This document shows, one piece after another, positions 11,754 to 23,136 of a stretch of DNA of 64,000 nucleotides; position 1 is the stretch's first letter, and each line of letters opens with the position of its first letter. Both the position numbers and the translations under genes were made by a program. Below the pieces are notes generated by a model, which made no database searches, was not told the origin of the DNA, and saw nothing but the letters and a program-made list of their open reading frames with translations. Source of the stretch: Lama guanicoe (Eukaryota); NCBI GenBank assembly GCA_013239625.1, contig MU054338.1:5680724-5744723 (forward strand), written 5' to 3'.

Positions 11754-12695
11754 ATGGGGGATGTGAACCAATCAGTGGCCTCTGACTTCATTCTGGTGGG
11801 CCTCTTCAGTCGCTCAGGTTCACGTCAGCTACTCTTCTCCCTGGTGGCTGCCATGTTTATCATGGGACTTCTGGGCAACACTGTCCTGCTCTTTGTGATC
11901 CGCATGGACTCCCGACTCCACACACCCATGTACTTTCTGCTCAGCCAGCTCTCCTTGTTTGATGTTGGCCTCCCCCTGGTTACCATCCCCAAGATGGCGT
12001 CAGACTTCCTGCAGGGAGAAGGCTCCATCTCCTTTGGGGGTTGTGCGGCTCAAATATTCTTCCTGATGCTGATGGGTGTGGCTGAGGGCATCCTATTGGC
12101 CCTCATGTCCTATGACCGTTACGTTGCTGTGTGTCACCCCCTGCAGTATCCTGTGCTCATGAGGCGCCAGGTGTGCCTGGTCATGGCGGGTTCCTCCTGG
12201 CTGGCAGGTGTGCTGAACGCCTCCGTCCAGACCTCCATCACTCTTCATTTCCCCTTCTGTGCCTCCCGCACCGTGGACCACTTCTTTTGCGAGGTGCCAG
12301 CCCTGCTGAAGCTTTCCTGTGCGGACACCTCCGCCTACGAGCTGGCGCTGTCCACCTTGGGAGTGCTGACCCTGGTGCTTCCGCTTTCCCTCATTGCCAG
12401 CTCCTACGGCCACGTGTTGGGGGCCGTTCTACGCATGCGCTCAGAGGAGGCCCGAAACAAGGCTTTCACCACCTGCTCCTCGCACATCGCAGTAGTGGGA
12501 CTCTTTTATGGAGCAGCTGTGTTCATGTACATGGTTCCGGGCGCCTACCACAGCCCCTACCAGGACAACGTGGTTTCCCTGTTTTACAGTCTCGTCTCTC
12601 CCACGCTCAACCCCCTCATTTACAGTCTGAGGAACCGGGAAGTGCGGATGGCTTTGGTCAAAGTGCTCAGCAGAGCTGGGCTCAGGTCAAAGTGA
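11754..12695 (+). CDS. OR2Z1: Olfactory receptor family 2 subfamily Z, intact, 313 aa
   Basis: OR motifs LHTPMYFLLSQLS, MSYDRYVAVCHPL, HFFCE, KAFTTCSSH and PTLNPLIYSLRN. N-terminus MGDVNQSVASDFILVGLF matches recalled OR2Z1, and the gene is adjacent to ACTL9 as in human. Confidence 0.94.
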   Translation: MGDVNQSVASDFILVGLFSRSGSRQLLFSLVAAMFIMGLLGNTVLLFVIRMDSRLHTPMYFLLSQLSLFDVGLPLVTIPKMASDFLQGEGSISFGGCAAQIFFLMLMGVAEGILLALMSYDRYVAVCHPLQYPVLMRRQVCLVMAGSSWLAGVLNASVQTSITLHFPFCASRTVDHFFCEVPALLKLSCADTSAYELALSTLGVLTLVLPLSLIASSYGHVLGAVLRMRSEEARNKAFTTCSSHIAVVGLFYGAAVFMYMVPGAYHSPYQDNVVSLFYSLVSPTLNPLIYSLRNREVRMALVKVLSRAGLRSK

Positions 12696-13239
12696 TGACC
12701 ACAGAGGGAGCTGCGGGCGTGATCCCAGTGGTCCTCCATCCCACACATCTCTCCAAAGCACCCATCCGCGGTGCAGCCGCGCAGGCCTTATGCCCAAGGT
12801 TAAGGGTCTACCCAGCTTCTTCTCACTCTCTGACTAGCTGGGCTCATGTTTTCTCCCACAGACTTGTGGAAGGCAACAGCAGCAGTTCCATAGTAAAAGG
12901 AAATATATTCTTTCCCTATTCTTTAGTACTATTTACACTAAGGGAGGCCTTACTTTGTTAAGTTGAGATCTCCTTGTTATTGAATTGATAATTAAACTAG
13001 TAGTAATGAAAAATTTTGACCAATTGATCTGCTAATTGAATGTTACTTCATCCTCATAACAGCTTTTGAGATGTAGGGACTATCATGTTTTCTGTTTAAG
13101 AAACGAAGGAGACTCAAAAAGGGAAAATAACTCACCAATGGTCACACTCTAGAAAGTGGGAGAGCTGGCACTTAAACCCACGATGCTCTGATGCCAAACC
13201 ACTGTGCTGTTTGCTAAGCACTGATCTGTTAACTGTCAC

Positions 13240-13241
<2 letters not shown>

Positions 13242-13272
<31 letters not shown>
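13242..13272. repeat. (TG)n microsatellite
   Basis: About 15 TG units. Confidence 0.95.
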
Positions 13273-13274
<2 letters not shown>

Positions 13275-13829
13275 AAGATGGAAAACATTGCACATCTTTT
13301 TCTTTAACCAAATATGGAATTCTTCATTTAGAAGATTAAAAAGAAATTCTCTGTGTTTGCTCATAAGCTCAGTCTTGAAAACAGTTTAAAACAAGAGCAA
13401 CAAAACAAAAAAAGCCAACGTATAAACATTGAACATAAATAATTTATTTGTCTGCACCCTATTCATTAGATATTTGAACTTTCTTTATTTTGTACTTGAT
13501 TTGGTAGCTAAAAATAAGTGCTTGGCTTTAAAAAAGAGATTTTAAACTATATATTTCCTAAAGATATAATATTTCCTTTTCTCTTTATTCTCTCCTGCTT
13601 TCCTTGTGATTCTTCTATTCTTTTTCTAATTTATCCAATCTCAAGATTAAGTTAAATACTTTTTATTAATTAAAAATATTTTAGATGAAATATTTCTACT
13701 CAATCAGTGTATTATGTATTTTTCAGTGTTTCCAATATGATAATTCTATGTATTCTTCAGGCCATTTCTTTACAAAGTATTTGAGAGGCATTAAAAATGT
13801 TAATGTAAAAATTGGTCTCTTGTTTTAAT

Positions 13830-14745
13830 GTTTTTTCCATTATAGTTGATGTACAATATTATGTTAGTTTCAGGTGTACAGCATAGTGATCCAACAATCA
13901 AATACATTACAAAGTGATCACCATGAGAAGTTCAGTAACCATCTGCCATCATACAAAATTATTACAGTGCTATTGACTATGCTGTATATTACACCCCCAT
14001 GATTTATGTATTTTATAAGTGGAAGTTTTTATCTCTTAATCCCCTTCACCTATTTTTCCCAACCCCAACCCCCTCCCTCTGGCAACCACCAGTTGGCTCT
14101 CTGTACCTATAAGTCTGTTTCTGTCTTGTTTTGTTTGTTAATTTGTTTTGTTTTTTAGATTCCACATGTAAGTGAGATCATACAGTATTTGTTATTCTAT
14201 GACTTATTTCGCTTAGCATAATGCCTTCTAGCTCCATCCATTTTGCTGCAAATGTCAAGATTTTTCTTTTTTTATGACTATTGCATTGTACGTACATACC
14301 ACATCTTCTTTATTCGTTCATCTATTGATGGATATTTAGATTGCTTCCATATCCTGAGGTATTGTATATAATAATGCAATAAACATAGGGGTACATATAG
14401 CTTTTTGAATTAGTGTTTTTGTTTTCTTTGGGTAAATACCCAAAGGTGGAATTGCTGGATCGTATGGCAGTTCTATTATTAAGTTTCTGAGGAATTTCCA
14501 TTTTGTTTTCCATAGTGGCTGCACCAATTTACATTCCCATCACAGTGCACGAAGGTTCCCTTTTCTTCACATCCTTGTCAGTGCATGTTATTTGTTGTCT
14601 TTTTGATGTTGGCCATTCTGACAGGGGTGAGGTGATAGCTCATTGTAGTTTTGATTGGCATTTGCCTGATGAGCAATGTTGAGCATTTTTTCATGTACCT
14701 GTTGGAGATCTGTATGTATTTGGAGAAATGCCTATTCAGGTTCTA
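13830..14745 (-). mobile_element. LINE-1 3' portion (ORF2 C-terminus and 3'UTR)
   Basis: Minus-strand ORF VQPLWK...LPYDPAIPPLGIYPK...CTPMFIALL is the L1 ORF2 C-terminal signature; 3'UTR motifs lie to its left. Confidence 0.9.
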
Positions 14746-15649
14746 AGAGGTATTTTTAAAGTTTCCCATATGAGGTGATTTATCCTTAATTAAAATTTAC
14801 ATTATTTCATTGTCCTCAGGTATTTTCGTTTGAATTATTTCTATTCATAGGACTTCAGTGTTTCTTCCAGTATCTAAATATATGGGATTTTGTTACAGGT
14901 CATGAACTCTAAAATATGTATGCAGTAAACACAGAAGTTATATTTAATATGTGTCAAATAGATCCGTTACCACAAATAATGACATTTGGGGCAACTATAC
15001 CTACTTGAACTGGTATAGTCTGGGAAAGGTGAATTAAAGCTTTATTTACTTTTAAAATGTGCCTTGTTTCTTACTAGTTTTCTTTTACAAAGAGGAATTT
15101 TTATTTGCCTCTGAGACTTACAACACTCTGTGACATGTCAAAAGTTGTTCAATTCTTTTTATTACAAATTCAGTCCTATTGGGTGATAATTACCTGACCC
15201 AGCAGAGGTTTAGTAGAAAACCTAAAGAGATCATAAACATCAAAGAAATTAGATTTTTCCACATACTACTCCAAGCCCCAGAAATAGATTGCTTTTCAAA
15301 AGGTCTTTAATAAAGATAAATAATATGTGCAAAGGTAATTTATAACATTTGTACCCCCCAAAAATGGAGGACTCTAACCAATTTCCTCAAGGCTGGAATA
15401 ACCTTGAGTGATAATTTGGATAGGAGCAATGGGGAGATGATTTTTGTACCATTTCTCTTACACATCTAGACGCAATCATTCTTTGTATCATGGTAGCTGA
15501 TAGAATTCAACTGGATATTAAAAAGAAGAACTTTTTAAGAATATTAAAATTTATTCCTGGGTCCAAAGGCTGGAAGAACAGTGGAAATTCAGTGATTGCT
15601 TCTTGGGTGAATTCCCCCAAATATTTAAGTTAGAGGTCATATCAGTTCT

Positions 15650-17000
15650 ATAAAAACTCTAACTTTTCATCTCATTCTGTGAAGCTAGCGTGATTACCTG
15701 ACACTAAACCCAATAAAGATGTTGTAAGAAAAGAAAACCACACATCAAAATCCTAATAAACATACACACAATAATTCTTAATGGCATTTTAGCAAGTTAG
15801 AGCCCATGACATATAAGAAAGATTATACCTTATGGCCCCGTGGTAGTTTAATCCCCAGAACCGAACTTGTAACACTTGAATAGCAATCAGTGTAATTCAC
15901 CATATTAGCAAACTAAGAAAAATCATATGATCATCTCAATGTATTAAAAAGCTTTTCAGAAATCCCCAAATACTTTACTGATCAAAACTCTTAGCACAGT
16001 AAGATAGAAGGGAAGTTCCTCAACTTGATAAAGAGCATCTACAAAATCCTACTGTTTACACCAGACTTCATCAGCAAGGAGTGAATGCTTTCCCCCTAAG
16101 GTCAAATGAAACAAGGGTGTCTGTTCTCAGGACTTTGCTTCCTCATTTGCTGTAAGTTTTATGAAGTGGAATAAAATAGGAAACATAACTGAATGTAATC
16201 CAGGTTGGAATAAAAGAAGCAAACTGTGCTTATTTACAGATGACAAGATTACCTATGTGGAAAATCCGATGGAAAACACACACACACATACACACACACA
16301 CAAAGCTAAACTAATATGTGAGTTTAGCAAAGTTGTATGATCCATGAGCAACATAAAGTGACCACTTGTATTTCTATATATTGGCAAATAATCAGTGTAG
16401 TGAAATGAATGAAAAATAAAATAAAGTTAAATTATGAAATTATTATTAAAATCATAATTCAATTATACATTTAATTTATTCAGTCACACAATTATTCAAC
16501 TGCAATACCAGGTCTTCATTATTTAATCTATTAAATTATTAAATGAAAATAAATTATTCTCTTTGAAATTGAAATAAGATGTGATCTACTTACAGATAAA
16601 CTGATAAAAGATGGGTAAGGCTGGCACATGGAAGGGTACAAAATAATGCTAGCACAATTAAAGAAGACTTGAAAAATGTAGACATGTATTTTGTTCAGGT
16701 GTTTGCAGGTTCAACATTTTTAAGATGCCTATTCTTCACAAAGAAGATTTATTAATTCAATGCAATTCTAATCATAATCACAGTGGTAAGCCTTTTTTTT
16801 TTGGTGTAAATTGATCAACCTATTCTAAAATTAACTTAGAAAGTGTAAAGGGCCCAGAATTGGAAACTGCTGAAAAAGAACAAATTTGGAGAAGTATTCC
16901 TAAGTGATTCCAAGCCACCTGAGAAATTTGAGCAATAAAGAGAGTATGCTATTTTCATAAAGATAAACAATAGATCAATGAAGTTATAGAGAGAAAAAGG
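15650..17000 (+). mobile_element. Old degenerate LINE-1 ORF2 fragment
   Basis: aatcatatgatcatctcaat, gaagggaagttcctcaacttgataaagagcatctacaaaa and gaatgctttccccctaag are L1 RT-region sequence. Confidence 0.75.
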
Positions 17001-17576
17001 GATAAATAGGTGTCACACTCCTTGAGTGTAAGTATTAGAAGAAATGTAAGTTCAAAACACTACATAATTCTTGAGCCCAATTATCATATAGATTTTAATA
17101 TAAAAAGAAGAAAAATCATGGTAAATACAAATTGAGGTTACCTATGAAAAGTGAAGGTCATGATGGACGTTGAAAGGAGATGCTGGTAAAAGTCAAGTCC
17201 ACCTCCTGGCAAATTTCTCAAGGACCACACCACTCTCCTTTTCTTCAGCACTGATGTAGCCTTTCTCCCTGTGTTTTCAGGGGGTCTTTCTTAGCTCCTC
17301 ATTCTCTCTGGAAATTCCATCTGCCCTCAAGGCCACAGTCAGTCTCTCCCATGCTATCTTCACTTCCCACATCTGACTCCTCATATCTCCAGAAGTTACA
17401 CATCTCCTGCAGAGGGGCTGTGAGAGACCCAGGCCCATTCCTGGACTCATCTATGCCTGATATGGACACTGCCTGGGGCGGTTTCTATTAAAATATAAGT
17501 TGTATTTTGGTGTTAGTATAGAGAAACTTTCATAACTTTTTGTGGATGGTATCTATACTGAGTGAAAAAGGAAACA

Positions 17577-17653
17577 TTAATATATACATGACTGGGGCAT
17601 TGTGCTGTACACCAGAAACTGACACATTGTAACTGACTATACTTCAAAAAAAA
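17577..17653 (+). mobile_element. Short 5'-truncated young L1 3' end with poly(A) and 12-bp TSD
   Basis: catgactggggcattgtgctgtacaccagaaactgacacattgtaactgactatacttc plus an A tract, flanked by aaaaaggaaaca at 17565-17576 and 17654-17665. Confidence 0.85.
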
Positions 17654-17825
17654 AAAAAGGAAACAGTAAAGTGTTGATAGTGCAAATAGCACCCCCATTT
17701 ACAAATGGAGTATATTTTTTCATCTCAGACAGCATGCCAGTGCCAACAGTCCCTTCTATTTGTGTTTGTGTATAAAGATTTAGGAACTTCTCCAAACCCT
17801 TTGATCTGAAATAGGGTGTCTCCTC

Positions 17826-17870
17826 TAGATTATCCACCAATTGGATTATATACCTTCTTCCTCTATAAAA
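17826..17870 (+). promoter_or_regulatory. MBD3L2-like core promoter (GATTA sites, CCAAT, TATA box)
   Basis: AGATTA 17827-17832, CCAATTGGATTA 17837-17848 and TATAAAA 17864-17870, about 90 bp before the ATG. Confidence 0.65.
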
Positions 17871-17955
17871 GGGGAATCAGAGGCAGAAGTCAATGCATTT
17901 TTCAGCAGACCACAGACTGCATCTCAGGAGTGGGTCATAAGACAACTCTTGGAAG

Positions 17956-17997
17956 ATGGGGGAACCTGCATCGACCTTTCCAAGCCGGCCTCTTCTG
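17956..17997 (+). CDS. MBD3L2-like gene, coding exon 1 (MGEPASTFPSRPLL)
   Basis: aagATGg Kozak, 14 codons, then a GTGAGT donor. Matches the recalled human MBD3L2 N-terminus MGEPAFTSFPSPPVL|GKL. Not represented in the ORF track. Confidence 0.85.
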
Positions 17998-18278
17998 GTG
18001 AGTGTGGAATCCAAACTGATGACAGCAGCGTCCATTTGTATCCTGTTTCTCTTCCGTAAAAGCTCCTTAAGTTAGCAGACTTTGGCTCTTGAAACAAGAA
18101 GTTATCTTATTGAAATTTATTTCCTAGGTGCTAATGTTTGTTAAGAAATATTCAAGATTTAGTATATTTTTATATATGATGCTATCTTGGGATAGTAGAT
18201 AAATTTTTTTAATCCAAGATTACTAGGTAGTGGAAGTAGTATTTGGTCTAGGGTGTTTAAATTATTTTCCTTCACAGT

Positions 18279-18412
18279 GGGGAGGGTATAGCTGAAGTAG
18301 TAGAGAACATGGTTAGCATGCATGTGGTCCTGGGTTCAATCCCTAGTACCTCCATTAAAGATAAACAAACAAACAAACCTGATTACCTGCTCCCCCCCAA
18401 AAAAGATTTTAA
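18279..18412 (+). mobile_element. tRNA-derived camelid-type SINE (Vic-1-like) in the MBD3L intron
   Basis: ggggagggtatagctgaagtagtagag...gtcctgggttcaatccctagtacctcc (A and B boxes), A-rich tail, and near-perfect TSD aaattattttc(c/t)ttca. Confidence 0.85.
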
Positions 18413-20344
18413 AAAATTATTTTCTTTCATGGAAAATCTTTACCCACAATGTGCTTAGTCTTTTTTTTTCTTCTTTTATAAAAATTCTGTTCTCTGCTTC
18501 AAATATGTCATCAGTTAGGCTTTCCCCAATCTCTTCATCATCAGTAATTGTAGTTAATTTCTTTCTCCCTTCTTCCTTCTCTTCCTCCGTATCTCCCTCT
18601 GTCACTGTCTCTGTGTTGACCTTACTGTTTATCATAGCACTTAACTATACCCAACACTATTAGACATTCCTTAGTCTATAACCCTTTTCTCTCATCAAGA
18701 GTAAAATAGTCTGGGGCAATGACTTTGTTAAGTTAAATTCTGAGTGGGGAGTTTTAGTGCACTACTTGGCATATGATAGGTGATCTATAAATGGAAGGAT
18801 CAAGTGATTTTCCCTCCAGACTAGAACATCTTGAGTAATAAAAGGGGTAGTATTAATAACAGCAGGACAACAGGAATAAAATGAGATTTTTGCTTTTCTA
18901 TTTTATAAAATATCTTCTGTAGACAGAAATGTGCAATTTAAAAGGAAGGCACACTGATTAGGTTTACATTTTAAATAGATTATTGTGAAGAGTCTTAGGG
19001 TAGATTTCAGAGAAGAAGGATTTGAAATCTTCGGAATAATTTCTTGCCATCTACCAGAAAATAGATGAAATCATTTAATAATTGCAGTTGTGTGCATTTA
19101 TTTGAAAAATTTGGAAAGTGTTTTTTTTGGAGTTTGAATAACTTCTCTCAGAAAAGATATCTGAGCTCCTTCAACCGTGAAAGCGATGTGACTGTATCTG
19201 TATAAACATTCAGGTTCTCATTAGTGCTCTCTTCTTGAGTACCCAACTTAGTGAGGAAGACGTAGAAAATAAATAGATAATACTACAAATCAAATTAAAT
19301 ATTGAAAAAAGTTAACACAGAGAAAATGTAATATTAGTTTCGATACTGGATCAGGAAAGGTCATTTTGTGGAAACGGTATTTTTTAGGTCAGATGAAAGT
19401 TGTGAGAGAATTATTCAAAATTTGAGAAACTTTAGGTGGATTCAGGAAGGCAAATGGATGATTACTTGGCAAACAGTGTGGGGCGGTAGGGTGTCCAGAA
19501 TGCCATTCAGGGGCAGATGGGATATTAGTACCAAAAAGTGAGTTTAGGGGACACTGAGATAAGTGTGATTTTGGGGAACCATCCGGTTCAACGTGGGACT
19601 TGGTCGCTGACTGGCGAGTTGAGCCACTGGTTTTATCACTGATGTAGTGAGTGCACAGAGGGATACATAGGGGTCTTAGGGTTTAAGCCAGGTCGGTGCG
19701 GATTCTGTGTGCGTTTCTAGTTCATTGATGATATTTGGAGCCAGGGAGGTGGATGGGATTGCCTAGAAGAAGGTGTAGATCTGGAACAGATGTGTGAGCA
19801 GGACCGACTTCTAAGGAGCATTGGTTGTTGTGTTAAGCGAGATGGTAGAGCCCAGACTGACAGAGAGGAGTAGGAGCAGGGAAGGAAGGGAGTCAAAGGA
19901 GTAAAAATGACTGTTTACAGAGGAGTTCTTTGTGTTTAAATGGAACTGTGTGATGGGAATATGGATTTTCTAAATTGCTTTAGGAGCAGGAGAATATTTG
20001 AGTGAAGGTGGGACTTGGGTGTGAAAGTGAGTCTAAGGGCTGAGAGGTACACTATTTTGCTGGAGATGAGGCACTAAAGGATGATGAAAACTAAGTGATT
20101 TTGTGTCTTAAAGCAAAGTGAAAGAGAGATACTGAAAAGTTTAATATCTTGGGATACAAATGATACTGTGATCCCTCTGTCCAAATGATGGTGGGTAAGG
20201 GATACCAGCATGTGTGTGGTTGACAGTGACAGAGATGGGAAGAGGAAAACATCCTCAGAGGAGGCTGGTGGAGGGGCAAGAGTCTGGAATTGGTGCTGGG
20301 GAGTGACCTTGAGCTTTCTGTCCTTGGTGCATATCTGCTCGATG

Positions 20345-20512
20345 CCCCAGTTCTCAACGTGTGATGCCTGTACCAGCAGTGTCACCATCAGCTGGGAACA
20401 CAGAAATGCAAATTGTTATCCCCACCTGGACTCAGTTGGGTTGAGATCCAGAAATCTGAGTTTTAAGAGCCCTCCAGATGACTGTGATGCACAGATCAGT
20501 TCAAGACCCATT
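20345..20512. mobile_element. MER5A-like hAT DNA transposon
   Basis: cagttctcaacgtgtg...accagcagtgtcaccatcagctgggaa...agaaatgcaaatt...ccctccagatgactgtgatgcac. Confidence 0.6.
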
Positions 20513-20625
20513 TCTCCAGGGAGAGAGAAGGGTGGTTATCCAATGAGCTGAGAACATTCTCCCTGACTGGCGGTCATTCCACCCCCAATTTTATTCAAAT
20601 TTTACATTTCACTTTGTTTTCAAAG

Positions 20626-21226
20626 GGGAAGCTCAGAAGAAGTCTGATGCCCCAGATGTTGGAGAAGAAAAGAAAAGTCCATTTAGCCAGGGCCAAGCAG
20701 AGACAATGGGTCAGAGCTGCGTTTCCTATGAGGCTGACCAGCTGCATTTTCAAGAGCCCGGTCACAAGGGTTACCTCCCATCCTGGCAATGTGGTCAGGT
20801 ACAGGAAATGGGAGGAGACCTTGGAGAAACCCCAGCAAGTCTGTGCATACAGGAGACTGCAGGGACTCCAGGCCTGCAACCCTGAAGGAGAACCTTTCAG
20901 CACTTTGGAGAGCTCCTCAAGTATTTTAGAAATAATTGCAGTGGGTGTGGCAGGTGAATCCCTGGGCAATGCTGGCGCAGGGTCTCTGCCCACCAGCCCT
21001 GAGCCCATCACTGTCCAGTCTTCAGACGGGGGCAGAGACGGTCCCAAGATTGGATCTCTTCCTCCCGCAGCCCCTGTGCCGACAACCAGTCACATATACA
21101 GATATTCACCAACAGTCTCGGAAAATGAAGAAAGCAAGGGAGAGACTGGCTGTGGCTCTGAAGGCAGACAGGCTTGCCAGGGAGATGGAGAGAGCCAAGA
21201 GCCCAAAAGAATGTCTTGAGAACTAG
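20626..21226 (+). pseudogene. MBD3L2-like gene exon 2, frameshifted as assembled (pseudogene or homopolymer error)
   Basis: Acceptor tttgttttcaaAG|GGG (phase 0). First frame: GKLRRSLMP...PMRLTSCIFKSPVTRVTSHPGN...LEKPQQVCAYRRLQGLQ. The conserved C-terminus PVTYTDIHQQSRKMKKARERLAVALKADRLARE is in the +1 frame, with the switch near the G5 run at 21028-21032. The intron and the PMRLTSCIF/CAYRRLQ motifs point to the MBD3L2-5 clade rather than MBD3L1. Confidence 0.8.
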
Positions 21227-22419
21227 GTAAAAAGTAGAAGGTCGTCCTGAAGAAGCCGAGTGGTGTGGCCCCTGGGAAGGGGTTCACTGTGGGACAGCCC
21301 TCCCTTCTACTTGCCTCTTTGGATATCAACCCTGCTTCCTGCTCTGGACCAAGATGCTCTGTGATATTAACACTGTGCTCTATTGAACTCTTGTGTTTGA
21401 CAAATATGGGAAGAGTAAAGGGTTTTGTGTTAAGAGATTGGGTTTCATGAGACAAGAAAAAAGATTTTTGTTGTCCTTGTGCACCCCAATTTCTGTTTAT
21501 CATGACTTCTTTATTGAAGCCTATGGAGGTAACCTAGTCTGAGGGGTTATTTAGTGTTTTCAGTTATAATATAATATAATATAAGTCCATTAATTACACT
21601 CAAGGAGGAAATGATACCTACTCTAAATAGATAATTTTTTAATATTAAGTTAATTCCAGAAAAATCGTATTTTATTAAGCTTGCTTTTGCTTCTCATTCT
21701 GACATGAGTTACAGCCCGCCCCCTTTTTTGGTCATTGTTGTGCCAAATTCTAAATCAGACATAAGACATTTTAATATAATTCAATTAGCACTTATGCTAC
21801 ATTGTTACATCCTTGTCTGTTACCTAAAAATTTCCTGTTTGATTTTTAAAAACAGATTTAACCTTCGATTCTTAAGAAGGAACATACTCTTTGGAAATGT
21901 TATATGCTGAAAATGACTTGCCAGCAAGCTTACTGCCTTTGCCCTGAAATAGGTCCTGAGTCACCAAAACTTGTCCACCTCACAACGTGGGGTACATTGT
22001 AATTTGTAATTATTCGATAAACACAACAGTGCTTGTTAATAAAGTTCATTTTATTTGTAAACCATTTGTTCAATAAGTGTCATAATTAATTGTTTGTACC
22101 AAACACATAAATGGTGGAATAAAGGTGTCATGTTACAGAAGCCAGAGGGGAAGACTGTTTCACTAGATCAGGAAGGAAAGGGAATGATGTGGGCTAGGAA
22201 AAATCTGGCGTTTTCTGGACTTTCTGGAACACTTTTGATGGAGCAGTTTTATAAGTGGTGGAGAAGGAAGGGTGATTACAGAGGGCCAAAGAGTGACTGA
22301 GAACAGAAGGGCAGAACGTGAGTTGAGTCCTCAGCTGTGCCTTGGGCACCCTGACAACAGACTGTGGGTTTAACTGAGTGACAAGTGCCTACCAAAGCCC
22401 ACAGCTTTGGTGTGTGGAC

Positions 22420-23136
22420 GACTCCATCCCAGGCTCTCGGCTACGTTCTGCTCATCTCCCTCCTGTGCTTCCTCTGCTCCTTACTCTTCACTGGCCGTCC
22501 CAACACAGCCACCTGCATCCTCCAGCAAGTCACATTTGGAGCTGTGTTCACTGTGGCTGTTGCCACTGTGTTGGCCAAAACCCTCACTGTGATTCTGGCA
22601 TTCAAGTCCATGAAACCAGGCAGAACCAGGAGGCAACTGCTGGTGACAGGCGCGTCTAACTGTGTCATTCCCATCTGCTCCCTGATCCAAGTGATGATCT
22701 GTGGGGTCTGTTGGGAACCTCTCCCCCTTCCATTGAGATGGACACACATTCTGAGCCTGAGAACCTCATCACCATGTGCAACAAGGGCTCGGTCACCGCC
22801 TTCTAATGTGTCCTGGGATACCCGGGCTCCTCAGCCCTGGGGAGCTTCTCCTTGGCTTTCCTGGCCCGGAACCTGCCTGACACCTTCAGTGAAGCCAAGC
22901 TCCTGCCCTTCAGCATGCTGGTGTTCTGCAGTGTCTGGGTCGCCTTCCTGCCCGTCTCCCACAGCACCCAGGGCATGGTCATGGTGGCTGTGGGGCCCTC
23001 CTCCATCGTGGCTTCCAGTGCAGGGCTATTAGGCTGCATCTTTGCCCCAAAGTGCTACGTTATTCTGATAAGACCTGATAAGAACTCTGTGAAAGGTTTA
23101 AGGAAGCAAATGGTTTCTAAGAGAAATAGGCATTGA
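22420..23136 (+). pseudogene. Vomeronasal type-2 receptor (class C GPCR) 7TM-exon pseudogene, 5'-truncated
   Basis: YVLLISLLCFLCSLLFTGRPNTATCILQQVTFG...VLAKT, CNKGSVTAF and [15 protein letters not shown]...[16 protein letters not shown] 1-nt deletion near 22710 and an in-frame TAA at 22804-22806 disable it; no ectodomain exons were seen. Confidence 0.9.

Noticed and set aside
12131..12961. 276-aa alternative-frame ORF overlapping OR2Z1
   Set aside because: Non-ATG start; GC-rich coding sequence depletes stops in shifted frames; no recognisable motifs.
20614..21219. ORF-track 201-aa protein as a complete single-exon MBD3L1
   Set aside because: Its TTG start lies in the acceptor tract, the real first exon is at 17956, and the motifs fit the MBD3L2-5 clade.
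22385..23032. 215-aa ORF as a functional GPCR
   Set aside because: Frameshift near 22710, stop at 22804 in the homologous frame, and no ectodomain.
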